Positions 11,716 through 26,400 of a stretch of DNA of 64,000 bases are shown here, piece after piece (position 1 is the first letter of the stretch; every line of letters begins with the position of its first letter). The stretch lies in contig OU015568.1 of the NCBI GenBank assembly GCA_907165135.1, forward strand, positions 16,689,208 to 16,753,207. The letters run 5' to 3'. The translations under genes were made by a program, and so were the position numbers. Under the pieces are notes generated by a model. That model was not told the DNA's origin. It did not search any database and saw only the letters and a list, made by a program, of their open reading frames with translations. The DNA comes from Oikopleura dioica (Eukaryota; Animalia; Chordata).

Positions 11716-14314
11716 ATGAAACTTTCGTCGGGATTTTTAATTTCTCAGGCAGCGGCTCTGACTGTCGGTAAGAAAATAGAGAAAATAAAAAAGAGGTTTA
11801 AATCTTTTGAGAATGTGACATTTCGCATTTGCTCTCGAATTCGACTCTTCGTCTCCGTCCGTATAACAGGCTTGACCTCCTTACCAACAGAGGCAAGATC
11901 CGAAAACGAGCTCAAACTTTCGTCCACGAGTCTGGCCCCTTCTCTGACTATTTCGTAAAATGCTCCGCCTACCGAAAACAAGTCGGAACCATCAAATGCT
12001 ACAGCGACGGGAGCTTGGTCGAAGACCCAGGGTGTCTAATTTGGACGGACAAAATTGGATTGGATAGTTGGATTGGCCTATTTTGGAAAATAGCCGGAAA
12101 TTGGTTGGATCTGGCCCCGGTTTTTGTTGGATATTTCGGATTATTGGGCATTATTGGATAGTTGGAATAAATTGGAAATCGGGGCTAAAATGGGCAAATT
12201 GGCGGCCAAAATAAATTGGAATACTGGTAAATTGTTGGGCAACCAGCCGAATCAGCCGTTTTAATCAAATTTTAACCAAAAAATACTCCTAAATTTAACC
12301 GAATAATGACTACAATCAGTTGGATAAATGCACTTTTGGGTCCAAAGAGCAATTTTTAAAGTCCTTTTTTTAGTTTCTTAGAGAAGAAATAAGATAATAT
12401 AAATCGAAAATATTTTTGGGAAGTAAACTTTGTCGGATTTTTATCGGATCCAGCTTTTTTATTGGAATCGGAAAATAATTGGAAAACTGGCTAAATTGGG
12501 GAACTTCAAAATTGGCAAATTATTGGATTATTGGGCTAAATTGGAATTGGATTGGATTTTGGCCGGATCAAACCCGAAAAAAAATTATTGGCCGGAAAAT
12601 GGGCGGCCAGACCCGAAAATTTTGTCCAATTTAGACACCCTGGAAGACCTTCCAGATTGTGTTGAAAGAGGATGTGACCCTTCTGATTTGGGAATTTGGA
12701 ATACAAAGACGTACACTGAAGCTGATGGGTGTAAAAGAGGATATACGGAGAACGGACTAGAAGTGGAAAATAATGGATGCTTCAGAGAATGCAATCAGGT
12801 GTGCTTCAAAATTCCAGCAGAAACTAGATAAACTGCCATTTTTCAGCCCGACGGAACAAAGCTCACCTCGAACAAAAAGATCAAATGCGTCTGCAACGGA
12901 AACAGCTGCAACTATGTTTTTAATGTCCGAAGGGAACAAACAAGGAAATTGTTTTTCAAACATGCAAATTCTTTTTTTGCGAAAAGATCAATCAAAAAGA
13001 TGGTCGAATTATGAAGGACACGTGCTTTTTTATGTAAAAAAAAAAACAAAAATATAGCATCGACGAAACCAAGCCAAACGGCCTCCCTTACATCACTCCC
13101 TGTGATACAGAGACAACGACTTCTCCAGCGACAACTTCTTCTCCTTCTTCCACCAACATCAATATTTTGGTGATTCCTATGTATAATAGCGAATCCTTTA
13201 TCGTCTCCGGCGATGGATCAAGAACTACATCCGCGACTTTGACTGGCAGTTCAACTGAAAGAGCGCATTCCGTTATCATCCGCGACGAGCTCTACAGCTT
13301 CAAATATAAGAATGTAATTTTTAATTTTGGGGATTTTGAACCCATATTTTTTTCTTAGATCTCCAAGCTTAATGGTTGCAATTGGCAACTGATTCCACCG
13401 ACAGCAAACTATTTTCACGCCTTCAACAGCGCTGTTCTTGCTATTGAAGATGGAAAAAAAGGTAAATTATATCATATATATATATAATTTATATGTTTCT
13501 GAAATCTTAATTTCCTGGCCAAATTTTGCCCCTCTTAAATTCTAAAAACACATATTTTTTGTCTTTTTTAGGCTTGATTTGTTTTCCCTACTACAATTAT
13601 GTGACCGCAAGTTACGAGGGCCCCCAGTTGCACAGAGCTTGTGAGATCTTCGACCCCGAAAGCAGTTTGAGTCAACTCCAACTGACGGCTTCGACCGAGT
13701 TTAAACACAACAGCGCTGGGCTAGCTTTTTACAATGGAAAGCCGACAGTTGTCGGTAGCAGCACAGCCCATGGCGCTCAAAAGGTGGAATTCTTCACTGG
13801 GGACGAGTGGGTTTCTATGCCGGATCATCCAACGTAAGAAACAATTTTATTATTTTTCTTTGATAAACTTTTCTTCAAGTCCCGTGTACGGCTACTCTCT
13901 GACGGGCCTTGATAGCGGGGCAATGCTTGTATTTGGCGGGTGCACTCGAAAACCTGTCACTTCGACTTCTTGTTTCTTGTCAAATACGATTTGGAGACTC
14001 AAGGACGATCAATGGACGGATATTGGACAATTATCATCAACTGTGAGCTACTATCTTCAAAATTTTTTTGTTTTATTTCTTCGTAGATTTATGGATACGG
14101 TTCTGCCATCAATATCGGCAATTTCGTTTATCTCGTCGACGAACAAGACGGAACACAAGAAAATACATATACAACACGGAGACTTTCGCTGGAAAACGAT
14201 CTGATCATAAATGAGGAGATTATTGACACTAGAACTATTTCCATGCGACCTGGAAACTATGCGATCGCCACAAGGCCTCACATTATGCTGACTAGCTTTG
14301 ATTTCTGTGTTTGA
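11716..14314 (+). CDS. Secreted Cys-rich (sushi-like) modules plus a C-terminal kelch-like beta-propeller of a lineage-expanded family
   Basis: Signal MKLSSGFLISQAAALT, Cys-rich exons and a Thr/Ser linker. Propeller motifs LICFP..ACEIFDP, FYNGKPTVVG, MPDHP, MLVFGG, IWRLKDDQW and terminal DFCV*. The frame across the 12930-13060 homopolymers is unresolved. Confidence 0.6.
12040..12630. repeat. Degenerate AAATTGG/TATTGG/GGCC-rich intronic repeat
   Basis: Many imperfect copies of ttgga/aaattgg and ggcc units inside a long intron. Confidence 0.55.
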
Positions 14315-14480
14315 AATAAAGAAAAGTCAATTTGAAATTTATCAAAATTTCGATAATCAATATGATATTAACAGAATATCTCCAAGAAATGTCAAGGGTG
14401 ACGTCATATTTATTTAAAATATGAGGAAAGGAACTTTAAACAGTTGGACGGAGATTTTTAAAAGTCGTTAAAAGAGCGAA

Positions 14481-17400
14481 TCAAAACCCAGTAAATGAGG
14501 TCGTAGTTGTCGTCGTCGAAGTTGTTGTCGAGACTGTTGCGGTTGAGTGTGATGCAAGTTCTTTGTAAAAGAAGTTTCTGACTCCAACGTCACTGATGAA
14601 ACTGCCCGCTGGATTATTTGAGAAGCCAAGTTGATAATTTCCTGGGAAGTTTTGAGAAGCATATGTGGCAGACACAACTGGAAGGCCGTTGATTGACCAC
14701 ATGCTTGTCCAAAGTCCGGCTTCGTCGTCGAAGATGTGCTCGAAGACAAAGGTGCTCCAGCTATCGCCAGGGCATTGATCGACCCAACTAAGGACGACTT
14801 CGTGGTCGAGATCGCCATCCCAGTTGTTTTGAACGATTGGACTGGAGAAGAGTAGATTGAAGTTTTCGTGGTTCGTGACCATTGCATCATCATCAACCGC
14901 ACTGAAAAATATTCAATTTCATCAAGTTAAAACAAACTTACAATGCAAGCCAAAGGAAGCCGGGCAATCGGCTCATTGCTAGGAATGGCTTATCTGCAGC
15001 CGTAACTCGAGGAGCTTCTTCTGGATTCGTCAGTTCTTCTTCTGAGGCGAGAATTTCTGCATTCTGCTCGCGAATGTCCAAAATGTGGCCAGCACCGAAG
15101 ACCGAATTGCCGCAATCAATCTCGAACTGAATCTTGAACGACTTTTCCAAGTCAACATCCATTAGGACATTTTCACCGCTGGCGGATTCTGGCGTTTCGC
15201 CGACAAATGAAATCATGGAAGTGTCTCTGACGTAAAAATTTCGAATCTGCCCTGGTGGCGCGGCGAAGACAGCAGGAGAGGCAAGTGACGCAGTCATTGT
15301 TCCTTCGTACATATCATCACTTGCGGCGAACATCCTCGTTTGCAAAAGTTCGCCGTTGAGGAAAGTTTCTTTCGTTATCATGTTAAAATTTTCATCGTAG
15401 CTTTGAGTGAGTCGAATGCTATTGAAACCAGGAACACAAGCGTTGTGAATGAGCTCGTTGAAAGTTGCTCCACTTTGGTTTTCACTAAGAATACAATTAA
15501 GAGAGCGGTCATTTTTATCGTATATTTTATAAGAATTTTAAAAACTTACTGGCCGATCCACGCCCTTCCACCGCTGCTACGAGAATGGAAGAACCATAAA
15601 TTGCCCTCTTCCCACCAGTTTCGTGCTTGTCTTCTTGCGAACTTCGTGTCAGGATTGGTCATAACATCCCTAGCCATTGATACACGAGTGAAGTCCCCAT
15701 CCCAAATGTGAGGACCAATGTGCTCTCCAGCTGCGGTTGGGTACTCGCAAGTGAACTCATAACCGAGCTCGTAGTTCTTTGTGACTTCGAATGTTCCGAG
15801 AATTCCCTCTGTGCCACCGACATAGTCGCGAGGTGTCGCGCAGACAAAATTGGTGCAAGTATCAAAACCATCACATGGGCAGGACAATGCTTCGCATGTC
15901 AATCCTTCACTTCCACAAGTGCATCTCTCTGTTTCAGTGAAAATTTCACCGTTGAGTTCGACGTAATCATCGTCTTCAGTAAGACAGCCACACGATGATT
16001 CAGGAACACAGACGCCGCCCTCAAGAACTTTTCCCTCTGGACAACCGCACATTCCCTCGACAAAATTGAGGGTTGAAAATTCACATCGATTCTCCTTGCT
16101 TACGCCTCGGACAACATCTTCGCATGTTTGAAGCTCATGGCACATGTTTCCACAGCCTTTATAGACCTGGCCAGCGGGACACTCTTCTTCACAGCCTGTA
16201 GCCGCAGCCCAATTGCAAATTCTATCGTAATCAGCAGATAGTGGATCTTTGCCTTCGAGACAACTTGACGCATAATCTCGCATGATACCGCAATGGAGAT
16301 CATCTTGAATGCAGCTGTTGAAAAGGCAAGCTTCGTAAGTTGGTGTTCTATCTCCAAGGAATTCACAGCCTGCGAATATGTTGCGATTTGTATAAACATT
16401 AGGCGATTGGCGAACAGGGTCACATCGATCAGCTGCTTCGTTGTATTCTGCTGTAGATAAATCTTCACATGGTGCTATTCTGTCACCATGTGAGCATGTT
16501 GTGTCATCATCAGTCTTGAATTGTTCTCCAAAAGCGTCACTGTCGAGAGCGTACTGCCTTATAAACTCTCTTTCTTCAGAAAAATTGTCATTAAAATTGC
16601 CGCAGAGACCAGTTACTTTATTCTGGTAGCAACTTGAAACACCAACTTTTGCTTTCCAGTAATATGCTTCGAATCTGACATATAAATTTTCATGAACCCT
16701 TATATATACATTTTTAATATCATCGCTGCCTCGCCATTTTGATAAATAAATGTAATAATCATCAGTATTAAGACGTTGAGTCCGATCAGGCATCTTTGAG
16801 TAAGCATCAAATATCCTTTCTCCAGTCAGATTATCAATGAACGTGATTTCTAATTTGGTGTTCCTATAATTTGCTGAATCGTCTATATTGCGAATGTGAA
16901 CAGAATATCTCTTCTCATCTCCAAACACATAATTGGCTGCATGAAAATCGAACCACAGCTCATCAGTGACAGCCCCAACAAAAGGCAGCCATGGACGACG
17001 ATTTTTCGTATCAACATTGAAGCCAGGAAAGTCGATTGTATCTTCAGCACTTGCAAGATTATATCGACAATCACCATGAAAGCCGAGTTGATAATAACCG
17101 TCGAAAGGTTTAATATACGGATCATTATGGGCCTTGCAAAACGCCCATTTTCTTTCCTCGCAAGGAAGTGGTCTACAAGTGACTCCAGTCGACGTACACT
17201 CGCAGATTTCATCGTCATGTCTGAACTCGCCTTGTTCGTAATAGCAGTGGAGATAGAAGCAGCCGCATTCACTTTCTTCAATGCAGCGTCCATTGTCGAA
17301 GATGTATCCCGGCTGGCAAACACACATGCTATCGATCTCGTCAACTGAGTCTCCACATCGTTGCTCATCTGTCAAATGTCGATTCGCACATGTTCTCCTC

Positions 17401-20400
17401 GCCGAGCAGACATTAGCACATCCATCAAATACCATGTTTTCGCCACACTCTTCCTCACAGCCAAGCTCATTCGCCCAAGAGCAGACTTGTGGTCGTAGAT
17501 TTGTCGCAATATTGTTCAAGCACTCTGTCGCGTATGCTTTTAGAGTAGAGCAGAGAGCCGTTCTATCTTCGCAGGTGTCAACCAGACAGGCGAGATGGAA
17601 GTCATCTTTGTCAACAGTGCACTGGTTGAAAGGCCCGCCAAGAATATTCTTATCGAGCGCAACACACATGTCAGTGACTTCATCGATGTCATCGCACTCA
17701 AAATCGTGAACTTCTCGGCATCGAGGATCAGGCTCGGCAAAGTCGTTCGCCCATTCAACGAGCTCAGTTTGATGAGCTCTCCAGTTTCCAAGACCTTGAG
17801 CTCGGCTAAACTCGTCATATGCAATACCGTTCCAGTTTCCGCAAAGGCCGAAAACGTGATTCATGTAGTAGTCTGGTAGATCAACTCTTAGATGAGCGAA
17901 GAAGAAATAGTTGAGATCAGCGCCGAACCATGTTTTTACTCTGAAATGATTTCCGTTGATTTCCATAAGAACATCATCATTTTCGAATGTCAGATCGTAA
18001 TTTCCTGCTTGACGATCGTCCAAAACTATATTTCTTCCCATAAGAGTCACAATGTATCGCGGAACTTCTTCCGGACCTTGAGTTTGACCTGGGAATTCGA
18101 ATGTCCAGCCGTTAATGCAAGACACTGCGTTCGCAACATTGCCACATTGTCTTTGGTCTACATCAATTTTGAAAGCGGGCATATTGAAAAACTCAGAATC
18201 TCCTTCTGACTCGACGAATGTGTACTTGCAAGCTCCTTGGAAATGATGTCTTCCGCCATCAAAAGTTGTGTAATGAGGATCTCCCTGTCCTGTGCATCGA
18301 CGAGAACCAGTTGAAACGGCGTATTTGGGGCAATCTTCTTCTTCAATACATTCGCCGTTATGCAAAACTTTGCCGTCCGCGCAGCCGCACATTGCAGTAA
18401 TGATGTCGTCATTCTGACAGCGATCAGAGTCTGAAACACCATTTGCGATGTCTTCGCATGTTTTTTGCTCTCTGCACTCAGTAGTACAGCCCTTGTAGAC
18501 CTGACCGACGGGACACTCCTCCTCGCAGCCTGTTGCTGCTGCCCAATTGCAAATTCTTTCGTAGTCAGCAGAGAGTGGACTTTTACCTTCGAGACATCTA
18601 GAAGCGTAGTCACCAATGATACCACAGTGAAGATCGTCTTGAATACAGCTGTTGAACAGGCAAGCTTCGTAAGTTGGAGTTCGATCTCCGAGGAACTCAC
18701 AACCGGCGAAAATGTTGCGATTAGCTGAGTTCTGAGGCGATTGCCGAACGGCGTCGCAACGGTCAGCTGCTGCATCGTAATCAGCGGCTGATAGATCTTC
18801 GCAAGGAGCGAGTCTATCGCCGTGAGAGCACGTGTTGTCATCATCAGTTTGGAATTGATCGCCAAATGCATCACTATCAAGAGCGTACTGTGTTATGTAG
18901 TCTCTTTCTTCTGAATTATCGCCATTGAAATTGCCACAGAGACCCGTCACTTGATTTTGGTAACAATTAGAAACGCCCACATACGCCGACCAAGAATAGT
19001 ATGAGAATCTTATATAGACACTGCCGTGAGCTCGTAGATAGACTGAGTTCACAGCACCAGTCAACCATGATCTTGTTACAGATAAATAGAAATCGTCCGT
19101 TGACACATACATATTTCGTGTGATTTGCGAGACAGCATCATACAATTTTACTCCAGTAAGATTGTCTGTCAGGGTAAATTCGAATCTGACATCTCTCCAT
19201 GAAGATGAATCATCAAGATTTCGAATGTGGAGGGAGTATCTTTTTTCGTCTCCGAGTGTGTAATCAGCTGCGTGGAAATCAAACCAGAGCTCATCGGTAA
19301 CAGCGCCAGCGAATGGAAGCCATGGCCGACGATTTTTCGTATCCACATTGAAGCCAGGATAGTCGACTGTGTCTTCTGCACTCGCTAAGTTATATCGGCA
19401 ATCACCATGGAAGCTGAGTTGATTCCAACCATCGAAAGGTTTAATATACGGATCATTATGGGCTCTGCAATATCCCCATGATTTTTCCTCACAAGGAAGT
19501 GGTCTACAAGTGACTCCAGTCGACGTACACTCGCAGATTTCATCGTCATGTCTGAACTCGCCTTGTTCGTAATAGCAGTGGAGATAGAAGCAGCCGCATT
19601 CACTTTCTTCAATGCAGCGTCCATTGTCGAAGATGTATCCCGGCTGGCAAACACACATGCTATCGATCTCGTCAACTGAGTCTCCACATCGTTGCTCATC
19701 TGTCAAATGTCGATTCGCACATGTTCTCCTCGCCGAGCAGACATTAGCACATCCATCAAATACCATGTTTTCGCCACACTCTTCCTCACAGCCAAGCTCA
19801 TTCGCCCAAGAGCAGACTTGTGGTCGTAGATTTGTCGCAATATTGTTCAAGCACTCTGTCGCGTATGCTTTTAGAGTAGAGCAGAGAGCCGTTCTATCTT
19901 CGCAGGTGTCAACCAGACAGGCGAGATGGAAGTCATCTTTGTCAACAGTGCACTGGTTGAAAGGCCCGCCAAGAATATTCTTATCGAGCGCAACACACAT
20001 GTCAGTGACTTCATCGATGTCATCGCACTCAAAATCGTGAACTTCTCGGCATCGAGGATCAGGCTCGGCAAAGTCGTTCGCCCATTCAACGAGCTCAGTT
20101 TGATGAGCTCTCCAGTTTCCAAGACCTTGAGCTCGGCTAAACTCGTCATATGCAATACCGTTCCAGTTTCCGCAAAGGCCGAAAACGTGATTCATGTAGT
20201 AGTCTGGTAGATCAACTCTTAGATGAGCGAAGAAGAAATAGTTGAGATCAGCGCCGAACCATGTTTTTACTCTGAAATGATTTCCGTTGATTTCCATAAG
20301 AACATCATCATTTTCGAATGTCAGATCGTAATTTCCTGCTTGACGATCGTCCAAAACTATATTTCTTCCCATAAGAGTCACAATGTATCGCGGAACTTCT

Positions 20401-23400
20401 TCCGGACCTTGAGTTTGACCTGGGAATTCGAATGTCCAGCCGTTAATGCAAGACACTGCGTTCGCAACATTGCCACATTGTCTTTGGTCTACATCAATTT
20501 TGAAAGCGGGCATATTGAAAAACTCAGAATCTCCTTCTGACTCGACGAATGTGTACTTGCAAGCTCCTTGGAAATGATGTCTTCCGCCATCAAAAGTTGT
20601 GTAATGAGGATCTCCCTGTCCTGTGCATCGACGAGAACCAGTTGAAACGGCGTATTTGGGGCAATCTTCTTCTTCAATACATTCGCCGTTATGCAAAACT
20701 TTGCCGTCCGCGCAGCCGCACATTGCAGTAATGATGTCGTCATTCTGACAGCGATCAGAGTCTGAAACACCATTTGCGATGTCTTCGCATGTTTTTGCTC
20801 TCTGCACTCAGTAGTACAGCCCTTGTAGACCTGACCGACGGGACACTCCTCCTCGCAGCCTGTTGCTGCTGCCCAATTGCAAATTCTTTCGTAGTCAGCA
20901 GAGAGTGGACTTTTACCTTCGAGACATCTAGAAGCGTAGTCACCAATGATACCACAGTGAAGATCGTCTTGAATACAGCTGTTGAACAGGCAAGCTTCGT
21001 AAGTTGGAGTTCGATCTCCGAGGAACTCACAACCGGCGAAAATGTTGCGATTAGCTGAGTTCTGAGGCGATTGCCGAACGGCGTCGCAACGGTCAGCTGC
21101 TGCATCGTAATCAGCGGCTGATAGATCTTCGCAAGGAGCGAGTCTATCGCCGTGAGAGCACGTGTTGTCATCATCAGTTTGGAATTGATCGCCAAATGCA
21201 TCACTATCAAGAGCGTACTGTGTTATGTAGTCTCTTTCTTCTGAATTATCGCCATTGAAATTGCCACAGAGACCCGTCACTTGATTTTGGTAACAATTAG
21301 AAACGCCCACATACGCCGACCAAGAATAGTATGAGAATCTTATATAGACACTGCCGTGAGCTCGTAGATAGACTGAGTTCACAGCACCAGTCAACCATGA
21401 TCTTGTTACAGATAAATAGAAATCGTCCGTTGACACATACATATTTCGTGTGATTTGCGAGACAGCATCATACAATTTTACTCCAGTAAGATTGTCTGTC
21501 AGGGTAAATTCGAATCTGACATCTCTCCATGAAGATGAATCATCAAGATTTCGAATGTGGAGGGAGTATCTTTTTTCGTCTCCGAGTGTGTAATCAGCTG
21601 CGTGGAAATCAAACCAGAGCTCATCGGTAACAGCGCCAGCGAATGGAAGCCATGGCCGACGATTTTTCGTATCCACATTGAAGCCAGGATAGTCGACTGT
21701 GTCTTCTGCACTCGCTAAGTTATATCGGCAATCACCATGGAAGCTGAGTTGATTCCAACCATCGAAAGGTTTAATATACGGATCATTATGGGCTCTGCAA
21801 TATCCCCATGATTTTTCCTCACAAGGAAGTGGTCTACAAGTGACTCCAGTCGACGTACACTCGCAGATTTCATCGTCATGTCTGAACTCGCCTTGTTCGT
21901 AATAGCAGTGGAGATAGAAGCAGCCGCATTCACTTTCTTCAATGCAGCGTCCATTGTCGAAGATGTATCCCGGCTGGCAAACACACATGCTATCGATCTC
22001 GTCAACTGAGTCTCCACATCGTTGCTCATCTGTCAAATGTCGATTCGCACATGTTCTCCTCGCCGAGCAGACATTAGCACATCCATCAAATACCATGTTT
22101 TCGCCACACTCTTCCTCACAGCCAAGCTCATTCGCCCAAGAGCAGACTTGTGGTCGTAGATTTGTCGCAATATTGTTCAAGCACTCTGTCGCGTATGCTT
22201 TTAGAGTAGAGCAGAGAGCCGTTCTATCTTCGCAGGTGTCAACCAGACAGGCGAGATGGAAGTCATCTTTGTCAACAGTGCACTGGTTGAAAGGCCCGCC
22301 AAGAATATTCTTATCGAGCGCAACACACATGTCAGTGACTTCATCGATGTCATCGCACTCAAAATCGTGAACTTCTCGGCATCGAGGATCAGGCTCGGCA
22401 AAGTCGTTCGCCCATTCAACGAGCTCAGTTTGATGAGCTCTCCAGTTTCCAAGACCTTGAGCTCGGCTAAACTCGTCATATGCAATACCGTTCCAGTTTC
22501 CGCAAAGGCCGAAAACGTGATTCATGTAGTAGTCTGGAAGATCGACTCGGAGGTCGGCGAAGTGGAAATAGTTGAGATCGGCGCCGAACCAAGTTTTGAC
22601 TCTGAAATGATTTCCGTTTATTTCCATAAGAACGTCATCGTTTTCAAAAGTCAAATCATAGCTTCCTGCTTGACGATCGTCCAGGACAATCCTTGATCCC
22701 ATAAGCGTGACAATGTATCTTGGAACTTCATCCGCAGGTTGCTTTCTCCCTGGGAATTCGAATGTCCAGCCGTTGATGCAAGTGACTGCGTTAGCAACAT
22801 CGCCGCATTGTCTTTGGTCAACATCAATTTTGAAAGCTGGCATATTTCTAAAGTTTGAATTTCCGCCTGACTCGACAAAGGTGTATTTGCAGGCTCCCTG
22901 GAAATGATGCTGTCCTCCATCGAATGTTGTATAATGGGGATCTCCCCATGCTCGACATCTAGCTGTGCTCGTAGATACAGCATCTCGAGGGCATTCATCT
23001 TCGTCAATACACTTTTCATTATGCCATATTTTTCCCCAACCACAACCACACATTGGTTGAATTCTTGGTTCATCCTTGCATCTTTCCATAATGTCGATAC
23101 CATCGGCGATATCGTCACATGTTCTCGCTTCATGGCACGCACTTGTGCAGCCCTTATAGATTTGAGTTTCTGGACATTCTTTTTCGCATCCTGTTGTCTT
23201 TGGCCATTTGCAAACTTCCCAATAGCCAGTTGTATGAATATTTTTTGTTTTTAAGCATTCTTGAGCATAATTTCTGAGGGTACCGCAGCCAATGTCTGGT
23301 CTTATACAGCTATTAAATAGACAAGTATCATAATATGGCTGTTTATCAATATGACAAGATCCGAAGGCCTTTCCAAATTGATCCTCGTTCTCATCAAGAA

Positions 23401-26400
23401 GCTCGAAGCACTGGTCGGTAACAATTTTATAGTCAGCATCAGACAGATCTTCGCATGGTTCAAAATGAGTACCATGACTGCAAATACCATCTTTTTGAGT
23501 AACAAAAAGCTCTCCAAATGCGTCCGAATCGTTCTCATATGCTAGTTTCATACTGTTTTCTTCTGCAACGTTTTCATTCCAATCTCCGCACATTCCGGAG
23601 ACTTGTTCTTTGTAGCATTGTGGAAGGTTCACTGTGAATGTCCACCAGTCAAAAGTGTATTTAATATCTATATCATACATGGGAAGATAAAGATCAAGTT
23701 CCCACTGTCTCGAATAAAGCTCGATTTCATAATCTTCTGTCTTAAGCTCCGTCTTCGAGGAGCCTCTGATGGTTTGATCGGTTTTTCTGTCCGTAAGAAT
23801 GAATTCTAAGGACACATACTCCTCTTCGTCAGAATTATTTATGTCATTTATGTACAATAAATAACGTTTTTCATCCCCGAAAGAATAATTTTTTTCATGA
23901 AATTCGATCCAAAACTCGTCAATTATTGAGCCTTCCGGGTTGTTTTCGAAAACACCGCGTCGACTTTTGAACTCAATGTTGAATCCTGGAAGAGTTCTTG
24001 TATCAGCGACAGACATAAGATTGTAACGACAGTTTCCGTGAAACATATATTGAGGTCCATCAAGTGTTTTGATATATGGATCACTGTGAACTATGCACTC
24101 TCCTCTCGTTTTTTCATTGCATGGGATCGGAGTGCATTGAACACCAGTGGACGTGCATGTGCATCGCTCATCATCGTTAGCAAATTCTGCGTCTTGCTGG
24201 TAGTAAACGCCGTTGTGATCCCAAACGCATCCACAATTTTCCTCAGGAATGCATTCTCCATTGTCGAGAATGAAGCCAGGTTGACAAACACACATGCTTT
24301 CAATCCTACCGACATCTGCCCCGCATCTTTCATCATCAGTAACATGTCTATTCATACATGTTCTTGATGCAGAACAGACACTTGCACATCCTTGGAACTC
24401 CATATTCTCGCCACAAGTCTCCTCGCAGCCAAGTTCTCTTGCCCATTCGCAAACCTCAGTTCTGGTTGTGCTTCCAGCGGTAACAGCATTCATGCATTCA
24501 GTTGCATATGCCTTTAATGATTGACAGACAGAGTCTCTGTTTTCACATGCATCAACAAGGCAAGCGATGTAGAATCCAGACTTATCATTAGGGCAACCGT
24601 TGAATGGTCCACCGGGTAAAGTCTCGTCAAGAGAAACGCATAGATCCGACACTTCATCGATATCATCGCACTCAATGTCATGTACTTCTCGGCATCGAGG
24701 ATCTGGCTCCGAGAAATCATTCGCCCAAGCGTTCAGCTCAAGCTGATGATCTCTCCATTGCCCTTGCCAATTCGCGCCTAAGCTTTGAAGTCGGCTAAAT
24801 TCATCATATAGCTGGGAGTTGTAGTTTCCGCAAAGACCGGATACTTGATTTTGATAGCAATCTGGAATCGCTGCTTTCAAGTCTGCGTGATAGCCCCAGT
24901 GGTCGCCGCGATCCGTGTAGGAGTATTCAATATCAACGTCGAACCAAGTTGTAAGCTTCACGGAATTTCCATTGACTTCGAAAAAGAAATCTGGAAGATT
25001 ATCTTTATTTGAAGTATACGAAACACCAGTTCGATCTTCGAGAACAATCAGTTCGTTATCAACTGCAAGCATAAATCTTGGAATCTCGTTTGGCAATTGG
25101 TCCTTTGCGAAAAATTCAAAAGTGAAACCCTGGACGCAAGAAACAGCAAGATTGTTCGCACCGCATCTTCGTTGATCGACAATGATTTTGAAAGCAGGCA
25201 TGTTACGGTATTCATCGACGCCTTCAGATTCGATGAAGGTGTATTTGCATGCTCCTTGGAAGTGGTGAGTTTCTCCGTCCAACGTGGTGTAGTGAGGATC
25301 GCCCCAGGCTCTGCAATGGCTCGTCGTCTCCGAAGCACAGTCAGTTGGACATTCACTTTCGTCGATGCACTGATCTCCGTGCCAGACTTGACCATGTGGG
25401 CATCCGCACATCGGACCTCGTACTAGTTCGTTGCCACATCGCTGTTTATTCGTGATTCCATCAACTACATCGTTGCAAGTCCTCGCTTCGATGCATTCAG
25501 TCGAGCATCCCTTGAACACCTGGCCTCCTGGACAGTTCTGTTCACAGCCTGTTCTCGATGGCCAGCTACAAATCTCGTCGTAGTACCAGACATCAGGGTG
25601 CTTGGTTGCAAGACATTTTTGCGCAAAGTCGTTTATGTGTCCACAAGCGAAATCGTCTTGAACGCAAGTGTTAAAGAGACACATGTCGAAATATGGCTGC
25701 TTGTCGATTCCAGTGCAATAACTGAAGATCTCTGAAGGTGATTTCCCATCCTTGAGCACATGGCAGCGCTCTCTTGCTTCGGCAAATTCAACACTTGTTA
25801 GATTATTGCAGGGTTCAAACCATTCTCCATGGGTGCAAATGCCATCCTTTTCAGTGACGTAAAGTTCGCCGAAGGCTTCTGAGTCTGCTTTGTAGTCATC
25901 TTCCATACGCTCTTCATCACGTTGATCATCATTCCAGTTTCCGCTGAGACCACTGATAAGGCCTTTGTAGCACGGTGTTATGTGCGCTTCGAAATTCCAG
26001 TAGTCATCGTCGAATTGCATGTAAACATTGTTCCAGAAAGTGATCTGTATCATCTTCGAGCTTACAGTCATATTTACATCTAAGAAGTTGTTCTCGTAAA
26101 TAAGAACTGATGAGTCGTATTGAAGACGACTGAAATTATCAGTCAGAAGAACACGTGCATTGAAGTTGCTTTTGCTATTCGAATTATCAATATTATTTAG
26201 ATAGATGGAGTAGCGTTTGGAATCACCGAGAGTGTATGTGTTCGAGTGAAATTCAATCCAGATTTCGTCGATTACCGAGCCGCTTCCGGAACTCCAATCT
26301 TCTCGTCTTCGATTTTTGATATCAATGTTGAAACCAGGCAGAGTAGCGGAATCTTCAACAGTGGCGAGATTGTAGCGACAATTGCCGTGGAAGCCCCATT

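Noticed and set aside
20792-20796. Programmed ribosomal frameshift in the VWD gene
   Set aside because: No X-XXY-YYZ slippery heptamer or stimulatory structure is evident. The sister copy has the intact homopolymer, so an indel error or allele is simpler.
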